In this document: positions 1-12,700 of the stretch, one piece after another
Layout of the letters: each line of letters begins with the position of its first letter
How positions within the stretch are numbered: position 1 is the first letter of the stretch
NCBI RefSeq assembly: GCF_001194135.2
Contig: NC_068995.1
Location: 53,186,360-53,250,359 of the forward strand
Source of the DNA: Octopus bimaculoides
Taxonomy: Eukaryota
Length of the DNA stretch: 64,000 bases
Direction of reading: 5' to 3'
The notes under the pieces: generated by a model
Database searches by the model: none
Seen by the model: the letters and a program-made list of their open reading frames with translations, nothing else
What the model was told of the DNA's origin: nothing
Translations under genes and position numbers: made by a program

Positions 1-30
1 TGTGTATGTGTGTGTGTGTGTGTGCGTGTG

Positions 31-203
31 AAGGTGGCTAGCAGGCAGAATCGTTGGCACGCCGGACGAAATGCTTAGCGGTATTTCGTCTGTCTTTACG
101 TTCTGAGTTCGAATTCCACCGCGGTCGACTTTGCCTTTCATCCTTTCAGGGTCGATAAATTAAGTACCAGTAATGCACTGGGTCGATCCAATCGACTTAA
201 ACC
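31..203 (+). mobile_element. tRNA-derived SINE, family A (octopus OK/OR-type)
   Basis: Head GGCAGAATCGTTGGCACGCCGG, B-box-like GTTCGAATTCC, body GTCGACTTTGCCTTTCATCCTTTC..GTCGATAAATTAAGTACCAGT shared with several other copies in the window. Confidence 0.85.
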
Positions 204-211
204 GTTTAATA

Positions 212-342
212 CTATATTTTTGAGATGAGGAATTTATGTTATGTCCACTGTTTATATTGGTCGGGCTGATGTCCTTATCTTGATTGCTAATTTTCACTGC
301 ATTTCAGCTGTAGTATTCTCCATCCTTCTTCAGGTGTCTTGT
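212..342 (-). mobile_element. Penelope-like element terminal fragment with hammerhead-like core
   Basis: Minus strand reads CAC-CTGAAGA-AGGATG..CAGCT-GAAATGCA-GTG, then CAAGATAAGGACA..ATTCCTCATCTC, which is homologous to 58795-58875. Confidence 0.55.
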
Positions 343-425
343 GAGACATTTTCGTGCCTCTCCCTTGGATTGAACTGAGACCGTCAAGGTGATTGCGTTG
401 CATTAGCCAACGCTTTTATCCAGTA

Positions 426-597
426 CGCAACCGGTGTTGGAGTGTTTAAGCCCTGTAACTTAGTGGTTTGGCAAAAGGCTCCGATAGAAGATTCCAGGGT
501 TTAGGGAATAAAAACTGAGGTCGATTCTTTAAAATGGCACTCCAGCATGGCCGCAGTCTAATGATTGAAACTAGTAAACGATAAAAGATACAAGATA
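426..597 (+). mobile_element. SINE family B, 3' half
   Basis: CAACCGGTGTTGG..GTAACTTAG..CTCCAGCATGGCCGCAGTC..GAAAC matches other copies such as 47755-47960. Confidence 0.8.
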
Positions 598-779
598 TAG
601 GATTTCACGATTTCGTGGTAAACAATTTACATATATTTATGACATCCGCACAAACGAGCATTTTGACTCTTTCATTGCGAAATAAAATTTCCCGCTAGAT
701 CCAGGAATGATATTAAATATATATTTAAAAAAACATAAAATTGGCGTTTTCTGCAAGTCACGATGCCTCAGTAAATTTG

Positions 780-915
780 ATATGTCTCAACAAAAAATAG
801 TTTCAGAAATAACATTCCTCCATAAAAGATAGATCGATATGTAAAACTGTTTTCAGCAGTTAAAGGTAATGAAATTTTGAGTGGAGATATCTGATTTCCG
901 TAGCAAAAGGGTTAA
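780..915. mobile_element. possible piggyBac-type MITE end
   Basis: Ends in CAAAAGGG-TTAA; partner end not found. Confidence 0.3.
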
Positions 916-1263
916 AAATCCTTTAATAACATTTACAAACATATCATAAAAACTATACCTTAACACTAATACCGATAAATAGATAAAAAAATGTTGAAGA
1001 AAAAAACAGGCAATGAAAATAGAGAAGACTAGCAGCCAATCAGTAAACGCAAAAGGCAAAATCAATGGAGAAAAGGAAGTATGAGATCGCATTCACACAT
1101 AGGAGTAATAAAATGCCCCCAAAATCGAATTGTAATAGTTCTCGCCTGACGATCGCAGAAACATGAGACTCGAGTCGCAATATAAAATTTCAGTCCCAAC
1201 AAACCATTTACTCTACAATATATTCTGAACACTGTTCTCTCTTTCATACGACACGATTCATCA

Positions 1264-1388
<125 letters not shown>

Positions 1389-1865
1389 CTGTCTGTCTGT
1401 TTGTCTGTGTATGCGTATACTTACTCAGCCCTAAATAGACAAAACTAATATTACTGCCATAGTTGCGAATATACATTTTGATAGGACAGACAGACAGACA
1501 GACGGACGGACGGACGGATGGACGGATGGATAAACGAATACAATCATGACGCTAATTTCTTTTTAAGTATTTCTTAATCAAACAAATACTGAAATTATCT
1601 TACATCAGATTCAAAAAACTCGTTTGATCATTGTCCCACCATCAAGTTTTGATTCATTCTTATAGATTACCATCTTCTAGAACTGGAACTAGCCAATAGA
1701 TAAAACTGACAGCGTTGAAGATATTATAATCGATATCCAGTCGGATAAACCAGCAACTCTCAATCATTTGTGCACCATGGACCGGTTTCGTAAACAATTT
1801 TCCCATGGACTTGAGGGTCGTGCGCATAACAAAACACAATAGACAGTGGCCTTGTCCCAATTCAC

Positions 1866-2015
1866 CTTTGCGACCCCTGAGATGAACGATAGAAGACTAG
1901 CTCTTCGCATTTTGTTAAGTGTTGTGCCATACCAATAGCAGAACCGTGTAACAAGGTCTCGTTCGTCTGGCTTCAAGTAGGTGTCACGCGTTGTCAGCAA
2001 CGTGTACCACGAATT
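1866..2015 (-). CDS. candidate internal exon, phase 0-0, NSWYTLLTTRDTYLKPDERDLVTRFCYWYGTTLNKMRRASLLSFISGVAK; unknown product
   Basis: Open 150-nt frame between a weak ttcttag acceptor and an AAG|GTGAAT donor; no homology recognised. Confidence 0.25.
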
Positions 2016-2555
2016 CTAAGAACACTCTGTATATTCAAATGAGTATTTCACGCTCGGCTGTCCTGGTGAGTCTAAATTCTTTTCTCATCTGAACAGAGAC
2101 GGAAATGCTCACACTGTGGCAACGTTTAACCTCTTCTGTTCACAGACACACCAAAAGGCGATAAACTGTGTGGGGGTGGAGGAGGTGGCGGCGGCGGCGG
2201 GGTAGTGNNNNNNNNNNGTGGTGGTGGGGTGGGGGGTAGTGTTGATGATAGTAGTGGTGGTGGTGGTGGTCATGATGGTGGTGGTCGTGATTTAGTGAGG
2301 ATTATGGAAATTATAGACATGGCGGCTTCGGTGTACATATGTATGAATATATGTATGGTAGTTGTAGTTGTGATGTAGTAGTTATGGTAAGTGGGGCGAC
2401 GCTATGGTAATGGTGGTATTAGCTTCAGAGAAGTGGTAGTAGATATTACAAGGAGGAAGTAAAGATACCGTCCATGTTGCTCTTCGTTCTTGGCGTTTGA
2501 CTGAATTTTCTCGCATTTTACCCGTCATACAATAGAGTAAGGACATACATACACA

Positions 2556-2645
<90 letters not shown>

Positions 2646-3799
2646 AACAGACGGAGAGAAAGCAAGGAAACAAATATGTGGTGGATATGACCAGAGTTGT
2701 CGTTCATCGGAGTAAAACGGAAATTGTCTATTTGTTTGATGATAGTTCAACTTGCTGAGATGGATTTTTCTATCACGAGAAAGAAAGAACTAGCAGACGA
2801 GCGACAGGAAGAACGAACGAAGAACAAATATAGAACGAACGAAAAAAATAAGAACGAATGAACGAACAAATATATGAATGAGCGATTGAATGAAGTTTGA
2901 AAGAAAGTGGCAGATTTCTGAAAACAGCCTCAGCTAGACGTATTCAATACAATTGCTTTCTCCAACCACAAACCATTTTATAAAAATACACAGTGTTATG
3001 AGGTTTAACAATACGAACGTACTTCTGATTTGTTAAGATGGCGCTTGTTGACAGAAGTAAGATAAATATAGTTGTCCATTAGGTAACTAATTTTCTCGTC
3101 TCGAAGACAATTAGACGTAATAGGAAAACGATCTTCACGTGTAGTGTACAATTGCAATATCTTCCCATCAGTATTGATCTAATCAATATATCGATGAAGA
3201 TGTTCAACAGTGATAATCATTTAAAGATATAGTTATTGGCTGTCGTCTGCTTAATACGTGCGATTTATTCATTTGACATCTAGAGAATGGAAAAACGAAA
3301 TCTCTCACTCTCTCTCTTTTCTATACAATTTTATTCTCTGTTAACAGAAAAGGTGGGGTGGGTAAGAATATCAAGGGAGGGTGCTTAAACAAAAAAAAAG
3401 AGGGAAATGTAAAATATTATCTTTTGAATACAATAGCTTGGAACAATAATTTCTTAAACAATCGTTTAGCAAAGATTGCTAAACGATTGTCTTTTCGTGA
3501 CGTACATAAAGGCCATTCTTCATCAATGCAAAGAAATACTAAGGCAGCAGCATTTATAACTTCAAGATTGAAAGTCAGATGGTTGAGTTGATAATGTACT
3601 GGTCTGTCAGATAAGAGGTCGGCTGTTCGAACCTTGACATTGGTGTAGTTTATTCTAATTAACAAAAATTCAATAAAAGAAATTATAGCACAAATAAAGA
3701 AACAACAGCACAAGGTGGTACAAAGTCAACTAGTATTTTATTAATTTGTAGTACTGAGTTCAAATCTACTGTGAATATGTTAGTGTTAAGTAGACTTAC

Positions 3800-3802
3800 C
3801 AT
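3800..3802 (-). CDS. candidate start codon at the end of a first exon (ATG|gtaagt)
   Basis: Minus strand GGAGATG|GTAAGT with an in-frame TGA upstream; lies next to the promoter-like island. Confidence 0.25.
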
Positions 3803-4171
3803 CTCCCTATTTATGTCCGTGCGCGCTTGCGTGTGTTTTCCTCACACCGAAAAGGGGCTTACGAGATCTATAACGATTTTTCGTTTGCTTCGGCTCGTGA
3901 TTTTACTACTCTTAAAACTGCCAAGTGTTATCCTGTTTCATTTCAACCGTTTTTGTCGAAGGTCACTGATGAAGTCGGTCGTAATTTCCGCTTACAGAAA
4001 CTTATCTTATCTTTGTGTTATGTAAGTAACTTCGAACCTTTTTCCGCTTAGATTGCGATTTTGTTTTAGATCAACACAGATGTAGTTTTTTTTTTTTGCA
4101 TACAAATTACAAAAATCACATTTTATTTTAGAAATTAATAATTAAACAGTTACGAACATTTTGAAATTTTC

Positions 4172-4237
4172 GGCCAATCAGAAGCCTCCGTTATCGACGT
4201 ACCAGAAATCGTAGTTGCTATGTGTTTCCGTAGCAAC
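4172..4237. promoter_or_regulatory. NF-Y CCAAT box plus RFX X-box
   Basis: GGCCAATCAG at 4172-4181; GTTTCCGTAGCAAC at 4224-4237 with a half-site GTTGCTATG at 4214-4222; locally CpG-rich. Confidence 0.45.
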
Positions 4238-5440
4238 CAAAGTTCATGTAGCAAATAAACCAGTACAAACCTTCATGAGTGACAACACAATGGTGAATTT
4301 AAGCAGTTTATGGGAGAAATCAAAGATGGAGGATGGTGCTGTAAGACATCTTCAAGAGAAGAAAATAATAAATAAAAAAAGATCTGTTGCAGAAAACACG
4401 AGATAAATATAAAAGTTGTTGGTGGCGAATTTCATGGAAAGAAATTCTTTTTCCTTCAACCATAGTGGTGGAATCCGTATTAACAAAGACTTTATCTAAA
4501 CAATAGAAGTGTGTGATTTCGAGGGGAATAATCGGTTATCGGTGACTTTTGTTCTCATGCTTTTATTTGATCAACCCCAGGAACCATCAATGATGTAACA
4601 AGTGAATGGTTGATACTTATTAATGACAAATTCCACCAACCAATAACCAGAAACAATATAGAAGTAGGACTTAATAAAGAGTGATGGAAAACGTAAAATG
4701 GAGGTTATTATAACGATAAAATCCTACACCGCCATTTTACATCATTATCGGTTAAAGAAGTCAGCAGAAATGATGGTTGCATCGACATTTTCTTTTTTAT
4801 TCGCCCTTTTTATTCCTTGGTATAATTTGTCCAATATTATAGGTATTTTTATTTGACTGAGTTCTATTTTTTTTATTTTTAGGAGGGAGAAACATAGAAA
4901 GTTTTGATATTGATGATTTGCTCACTGACTTAAATAAACTAAGCTACAAACGGCTTAAATAAACAGAATTGTCTTCAGATGAAAACTGAAGCTATATCGA
5001 GAGTCTCAGGTTACTAATATCACTCCTCTTTTACTTGTTTCAGTCACTGAACTGCCGTTATGATGAAACCCACCTGAAAGGATTCGTTCGAAGAAAGTCT
5101 ACCCTAGGGCTTATTTTTAAATCTTGTACCTAAGTTATTTTCTCTTGAATTATAATTAGTTGAATCTCCCTTAATTAAAGCTAATATTGCATTAGTTCTG
5201 CAATAATTAATTGGAGCAATTTAATCGAGAGGATTTAAGTAAATGAATAAGTAACGCCGAGATTTATTAACCATGTCACTCCTTTGATGTTCAAAACGAT
5301 ATAACACAGTGAATCGCTTCTTTGGAGCAACGTCGGCAACTGTCCTCAACAGTATTTTGATAGGGTTGACGCCTGCTATCAGCTGGTATATGAGCTGGTT
5401 TTGCCAGTACCAGCCTTTATGAGTGACGTGGCTAAGTTCA

Positions 5441-5475
<35 letters not shown>

Positions 5476-5929
5476 CGAAAGCGGGAGAGATTCTTTATAT
5501 ATATATATCTATATACATGCAGATGATGGTATGGGTAGAGCCGAAGCTACAGAAAATAACTGCAGCGGGATCGAACCCAGAAACTCAAGGTTATGAAGTA
5601 TGCTTGTTAACCATTCAGCCATACTACGCCTACATGCATAATGTGTGTGTGCGTGTGTGTGTGTGTGTGTGTGAGTGTGTGTGTAGATTTGGAAATGGTT
5701 GGATCTGTGTTCGAGAAGGTGTGCATACATGTATCGATTGATTTTCATTGTATATGCATGCATGTGTGTACACACACGCGAATACGCACACCTCCTGCAC
5801 TCTCTCTCTCGTTTCTTCTCCAACAACATCTCCAGCTACCAACACCCATGAAATGGTTTCTCAGCTGCCGTTACGTTGCGTATCCTTAGAAACCCGAAAT
5901 TGATCCCATGCGTTAAAGATAATTTTACA

Positions 5930-6327
5930 ATATTTGTTTGTGTGTGTGTGTGTGTGAGTGTGGTGCAGATGCACACAAAACACAAGCGCATACACACACA
6001 CACACACACGCACGTGTATATGTATATATAATGTCATCTCCTCCAAAACTTTACATCTTAATTTTCTCCACATAGACGCATGCATTCCGACATAGCTTGA
6101 ATGTGTGTGTGTGTGTGTGTGTGTATGCATGTACGAACGTATGCATGTATACGTATATATATATATGTATATAATATATATATATACACATACACACATA
6201 TATATACCCATATTATCTATATAAACCCACTCAGACAGAAGAACATAAGAACAGATATATACACATTCACACGTGCTATTATATATATTCCATCTTCCGT
6301 CTTTCATTTGCTATATATATATATATA

Positions 6328-6363
<36 letters not shown>

Positions 6364-6710
6364 CATACATATATGTATACATGCGTATTTACTCATATAT
6401 GCACACAGAGACTCACAGGCATACACGCAAATATATAAAGACATACGATGCATATACACATATACATATATGCCCACTCACTGGAAGCATATACAAACAT
6501 ACATACATACAGACATACATACATACATACATACACACATACATTCAGACATACATACATTCATTCATACAAACATACATATATGTGTGTGTGTTTGTAC
6601 ACAGGACGCATTACACACACACAAACACACATGCACACATACATACATACATAAATATATATATATATATATATACAGACATACATACAAGCACACAAAC
6701 ACGTGAGCAT
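5930..6710. repeat. compound (AC)/(AT)/(ATAC) low-complexity field
   Basis: Seen directly. Confidence 0.9.
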
Positions 6711-7106
6711 ATAATTTTCTGCTTACACAACAATTTCCATACCACGCCGAAGCCTGGCAATAAAAGCTAAGGTTCTGGCGAGCGTCATTAACCAATTTGG
6801 ACAGCAAAGCTAGCTTCTTCAATTCACACTCCGATTATCAGGCACCATTTGACCTTTCTTATATTACTCATCGATACCTGTGCGTAAACATGGCGTAGTA
6901 TCATCACTGAAATCCCATCATCCACCTTGCTCTTTATCTACAGTTTCGGCACCAACAATCTTTCAAAACCCCACGCTACCTCTCTCTCCACGTGTTTGCG
7001 TGTGTGTGCGTGTGTGTGTGCGTGCGTGTGTGCATGTATATATATGCACGTAAGAACACACACAGACACACAGACATATGTACTTCTCTCTCTTTGTGTG
7101 TGTATA

Positions 7107-7178
<72 letters not shown>

Positions 7179-7602
7179 TATATGAAGTGGGGGGGGGTAT
7201 GCAGAGGATTATGTATTGAAAAATAAAAATGCTTTGTGAACGCTGTCATGGGAAGAGAGTATGTTACATAGACATGTAAGCAGCCACCGGTTTCGGTTAT
7301 TTTAAAAAGACAATTCAGTCATAATGAAATAAAAGAAATAAATAAATTGAAATTAAATTAACGTTGCCCGACTATTAACTTTTGCTCGACTAAAGGCGGT
7401 GCTCCAGCATGGCTGCTGCCAATTGACTGAAACAAGTAAAAGAATATAGATAGTACTACTATATTTAGAGCTGCACGCAGATTACCATAATCCAGTTTGC
7501 TTCACGCAGATTATCATAATCGAGTTTGCTTGCTCTATGGTTGTTAAGTAACTATTAACTGAACAGTAGTAGCATTACTAATTATGGAACTACAGAGATA
7601 AT

Positions 7603-7924
7603 ATAGGAGAAATCAGAATAAACGCAAGTTTATATCATAGTTCCTACACACGTTTCACTCTTATGGCTGTTTGGACTCTTGCAATAGGCGTTCCAACTTC
7701 ATTTAGAGGCTCAACCACAACGGATCATCAGAGGAACCACTATAATGCATTAAGTTACAGACGTAGTTTTCTGTAACTTAATGCGATAAAGTGTTCCGTA
7801 ATGCTCCGTTGTGACTGAGCATTAATGCAACTGGAACAACCAATGCAAGATTCCGAACAACCATCATGTTGAAACGTGTGTAGGAACTACAATATAAACT
7901 TGTGATTATCCTTATTTCTCTCTA
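7603..7924. mobile_element. fold-back palindromic element (MITE-like)
   Basis: Imperfect inverted arms over the whole length around an 8-nt loop at 7762-7769; CAAGTTTATATCATAGTTCCTACACACGTTTCA (7625-7657) pairs with 7870-7902. Confidence 0.75.
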
Positions 7925-8003
7925 CACAATGTGAGAGATAAATATACATATCTGCATATATGAGCACAAATTAAGGTAAATTGGTGTACGTACACACACA
8001 TAG

Positions 8004-8042
<39 letters not shown>

Positions 8043-8556
8043 CCCATATACATATACCTACATATGTATATTATCAATCTCTTATGAGACTATCTTGCTG
8101 TGGAATAGTCTGTTCGTTAATTTATCAGTTTGTCTTCCTGACTTTCTCTATAAATTCTTAGAAAACCCCTCCCACTACTTCCCTCAACCCCTCTTTCAAT
8201 CTATCTCTAAATATTTCTTCCTGTAACTGTATCTAATATTTGATTATATTTGCAATGTGGGGTTGCCTATTTTTCTACGCTGGTCTATCTATCCGTCTGT
8301 CTGTCTATCCATATATCTATGGTACATAATTTATTCTGTCCTGTCTCCCATTCCTCCCCCACTCTCACTCTCCCCCTTTCTCTCATCCTTTCACTCATCT
8401 TAGCTCCCGTTTAGTTTCCTTCCGCTCCTATTTCTCCCACACCGCTCCCCGTTCCTTTCACTTCCCTTCCGCTCTAGTCCGTTCTTTTCTTTCCGGCCAA
8501 AACTAGCATCTAACGGCCCCATTCCGTATACATAGTCTCCTACCCAGCCCTTCTAC

Positions 8557-8566
8557 TTCTCTCTCT

Positions 8567-8650
<84 letters not shown>
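8557..8650. repeat. (CT)n microsatellite
   Basis: Seen directly. Confidence 0.97.
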
Positions 8651-8652
<2 letters not shown>

Positions 8653-9176
8653 TCCTTTTCGCTCCCTTCCGTTCCCTTCACAAACAACGACATATTATAT
8701 CAAAGTTCCCTCGTCTGCATCCACAATCACAACCACCACCTTGCTCTTCTCTCCTCTTCCCCTCACTCCGCCTCCGTCTCTGTTTCTGCCCTCTGCAGTC
8801 ATCACTATAGCTTCGCCATTTACCAGAAGGGAAGAACGCTGTACATGTTTGGCAATTACAAACGTTCCTGGAGTCGTCAAATATCAACGACTTCACGATA
8901 CACAAAATTACAAGTAATTCATTCCTTTGCACACTTAAAGCTTACAAGTAGATTTTAATATACGTTGATATGGCTTTCATGCCAACAGGTTCACGCCAGA
9001 CTGGTTTAAATCAGCCGAAACTGCGATCCACACTCCAAAACAGCCATCATCCCTCTTTACTTCCTCTCTGTAACAACACTATCCATTTTCTCCCACCCAC
9101 CACTCTTCATCTCGCTGTATCAGTATGTATATTATGTATCCGTACATATCTATATATCTATTTATCTCTCTCTCTT

Positions 9177-9215
<39 letters not shown>

Positions 9216-10474
9216 ATCNNNNNNNNNNNNNNNNNNNNNNNNNNNNNNNNNNNNNNNNNNNNNNNNNNNNNNNNNNNNNNNNNNNNNNNNNNNNNNNNNN
9301 NNNNNNNNNNNNNNNNNNNNNNNNNNNNNNNNNNNNNNNNNNNNNNNNNNNNNNNNNNNNNNNNNNNNNNNNNNNNNNNNNNNNNNNNNNNNNNNNNNNN
9401 NNNNNNNNNNNNNNNNNNNNNNNNNNNNNNNNNNNNNNNNNNNNNNNNNNNNNNNNNNNNNNNNNNNNNNNNNNNNNNNNNNNNNNNNNNNNNNNNNNNN
9501 NNNNNNNNNNNNNNNNNNNNNNNNNNNNNNNNNNNNNNNNNNNNNNNNNNNNNNNNNNNNNNNNNNNNNNNNNNNNNNNNNNNNNNNNNNNNNNNNNNNN
9601 NNNNNNNNNNNNNNNNNNNNNNNNNNNNNNNNNNNNNNNNNNNNNNNNNNNNNNNNNNNNNNNNNNNNNNNNNNNNNNNNNNNNNNNNNNNNNNNNNNNN
9701 NNNNNNNNNNNNNNNNNNNNNNNNNNNNNNNNNNNNNNNNNNNNNNNNNNNNNNNNNNNNNNNNNNNNNNNNNNNNNNNNNNNNNNNNNNNNNNNNNNNN
9801 NNNNNNNNNNNNNNNNNNNNNNNNNNNNNNNNNNNNNNNNNNNNNNNNNNNNNNNNNNNNNNNNNNNNNNNNNNNNNNNNNNNNNNNNNNNNNNNNNNNN
9901 NNNNNNNNNNNNNNNNNNNNNNNNNNNNNNNNNNNNNNNNNNNNNNNNNNNNNNNNNNNNNNNATATATATATATATATACACACAGACACGCACATATA
10001 CACAGAAGGGGTATATACATACATATATACATTCACGCACATAAATACCTACGTATTGTGCATGTATTCACTCTCACAGTATTTGCGATGCACATCCAGA
10101 CACCCACACTCCACTTGTGCTGGTATTAAACCTATCGTTAATAAATCAATCATATTTAGTTGTCTTTTTACCTCTTTTCTTTTTAATCCTTTTTCTCTGT
10201 TTTACCCACACACCCCATCTCTCTCTCTCTCTCTCTCTTCTCAGAATCTCTATCCTACCAGCTTTATTCTTGCTTTGCTGTTTTTTTTTTTGTTACTCAT
10301 TTTATTGTTATTGCTGAATTTGTTATTATTGTTGTTGTACTTTGCCATACATCCAATGGAAACTCTCCCTGTAAACACTTGCTTGAATATATCATAGAAA
10401 ATGTCATATTTCTCCCCAGACGATTCTCTTCCAGTTTTACACTTCAATTCAAAAGAAAGAAAAAAAACACACAG

Positions 10475-10590
10475 ATGCAGGCGTGGCTGTGTGTGGTGGA
10501 ACCTTGTACAAGTAACTTCTACCATGGCTCCATTTCCGCCAAAACTTGGGGAGTGGGTTTGGTAGAAAGGAGCTGAAAGAAGCCCTGTAA
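10475..10590 (+). mobile_element. SINE family B, degenerate 5' head
   Basis: GCAGGCGTGGCTGTGTG..GAGTGGGTTTGGTAGAAAGGAGCTGAAAGAAGCCC. Confidence 0.65.
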
Positions 10591-11223
10591 TTCTTTCTCA
10601 AATAAATTGCTCTTTATATTCGAGGCTCCGGTGAAGCCATAAGGTGTTATTCAGGCACTCAACTATGTGTACACTGCATCTAATAGCAGAAACAGCTATA
10701 AGCTAATGAAGTTAATAAGATAATCATTTATTCTTTTGTTATCTCTCTTTCTTCTTACCGCTCTATACTCAGCTAACACTTGGTTCTGAAACATAGAGAA
10801 CCAAGTGGTGAAGTGCATTGCACAAAGGCACAACGTATCGGCAGGCCTAAGAACTGAACACGTGACATTATGATCGTGAGCCGAACACACTACGCTGCGC
10901 GCCTCCCCTCAGCAGAAATACTGATCTCTCATAAAACCATATGAGATCACGATTTATTTTGGCTGCGAAGACCAATCATATCGATTCCTAGACAAGATTC
11001 GAAACTAAATACTGAAGAGGGATTTTTTTAAAAAATATTTTCGTTGATACTTTAGTGATTCTGCTAATCCACAGATCTTCGACAGACGAAAATATTATGA
11101 AATAAACAAATATTGATTCAACAACAACAACAGAAATAAATTCAAGTGGTAAGGAAGAGGAAAAGTATTAGTCGTGGTGCTGTGCTACTGCTGCTGGTAC
11201 TGCTGGTGTTTCTGGTGCTGGTA

Positions 11224-11224
11224 A

Positions 11225-11271
<47 letters not shown>

Positions 11272-11276
11272 ATAGT
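11224..11276. repeat. (TAG)n microsatellite
   Basis: Seen directly. Confidence 0.95.
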
Positions 11277-11670
11277 GGCGGCGGTGGTGGTAGTAGTAGA
11301 TGATACTATTTGGCGTGAAAGCAAATCAGATAATGTATCTGGGACCGAGTGTTTATCTCACATAAACAAATATAATGGTAATCAATGAGCAGAATAGACA
11401 GCAACAACAACAATAATAAAAAACAAAAGAGCAATAACAACGCCGGCCAACTTTGTGGTCCGTCACAATACGAAGATCGCCACGGTAAAATGGCGACTTT
11501 CAGCAATATATAGACAGGTTTTTCTCCTGTAACGATACTAACAAAAGCTACGTGTCGGGAGACAGAGAGAGAAAGAGAGAAAGGGAGAAATGTTGATAGA
11601 CAGGCAGAAAAAGAGAGAGAGAGGGGGACAATGACAGATAAATGTAAATGAACAAATATAGAAAAAAAAA

Positions 11671-11727
<57 letters not shown>

Positions 11728-12486
11728 ACATAATAAGATAACTTCACGTTTCAAAATGGCGAATGTCTGGTACGAATGTGTATATTTTTTTATGTCTGTG
11801 TGCGTTTGTATGCATGGATCTGTTACATATATCCGTATATGTGTGTGTGTGCTTGTATGTGTGTGTGTGTGTGTGAGTGAGTGTGTGATTGTGTGTGTGT
11901 GCGTGCGTGTGCATGTGTGTGTGCATGTATTATAGAAAGCTCTTTATATTAAGTGGGCAATCATCCATTTTGTTTATCAACACGTCTGAGCGATACAATT
12001 GTCTGTTATATACATCTATGTATATGTTTACGACAATATACATGTAATGTGATATGATATACGATAAATAATATAAAAGTATTATTTACACTTCTCGTTT
12101 TGCTTACAGCTCTTTTCCCTCTTAACTGTGTACATTCATCGATTGCTATCACCCACAAAAATTAGGTTATAACTACTGCCAATGATATCGCTAAAGGCAG
12201 AGAGCAGCCTATTTGTAGAAAAATCCGCACATTTTTGGAGCAAATTTTGAAAATCTTCGGAGGAAAACTCCGATAATATAATTTATACTGTATGGTTGTA
12301 TGAAGAAAATGCCAAGAATAAAACAATCTTGGTTCTTACGCATATCGAATTTTTTGAGAGTTACTTTCGTATTTCCTGTATTGAAAAGCATATGGAATAA
12401 CTCTCTGTAAATATATGATGTAATAAACATACAGACATACACACAAACGCACACGTACACACATGTATGCAAACACGTATGTACAT

Positions 12487-12700
12487 ATTCTCTTTTTGTT
12501 TTTCAGCATTTGGATTGAGGCCATGCTGTGGCACCGTCTGAACGGTTTTTAATCGAACAAATAGAATCGGGTATATATATTTTGCTAAAGTCTGAGGCGT
12601 ATTCTATAGGTTTCTTTTGCTAAACCTTTAAGTTACGCAACGCAAACAAATACCAGTTGTCAATCGGGGAGAGTACAAATACAAAGATTCGCGCACTCAC
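12487..12700 (-). mobile_element. SINE family B, 3' half
   Basis: Reverse of the GGCCATGCTG.GGCACCG..TAAGTTACG..CCAGTTGTCAA body. Confidence 0.7.

Noticed and set aside
2041-2065. EYFTL peptide resembling the p53 tetramerisation start, before a GTGAGT donor
   Set aside because: The following residues (GCPG) do not match QIRGRE and there is an upstream in-frame stop.
5394-5415. AGTGKT P-loop-like peptide on the minus strand
   Set aside because: Lacks the first Gly of Walker A and hits a stop within a few codons.
8799-8913. Plus-strand exon-like segment readable as a CxC 'chemokine-like' or PH-like peptide
   Set aside because: Needs hand-picked upstream exons, spacing does not fit either family, and CXC chemokines are vertebrate-specific.
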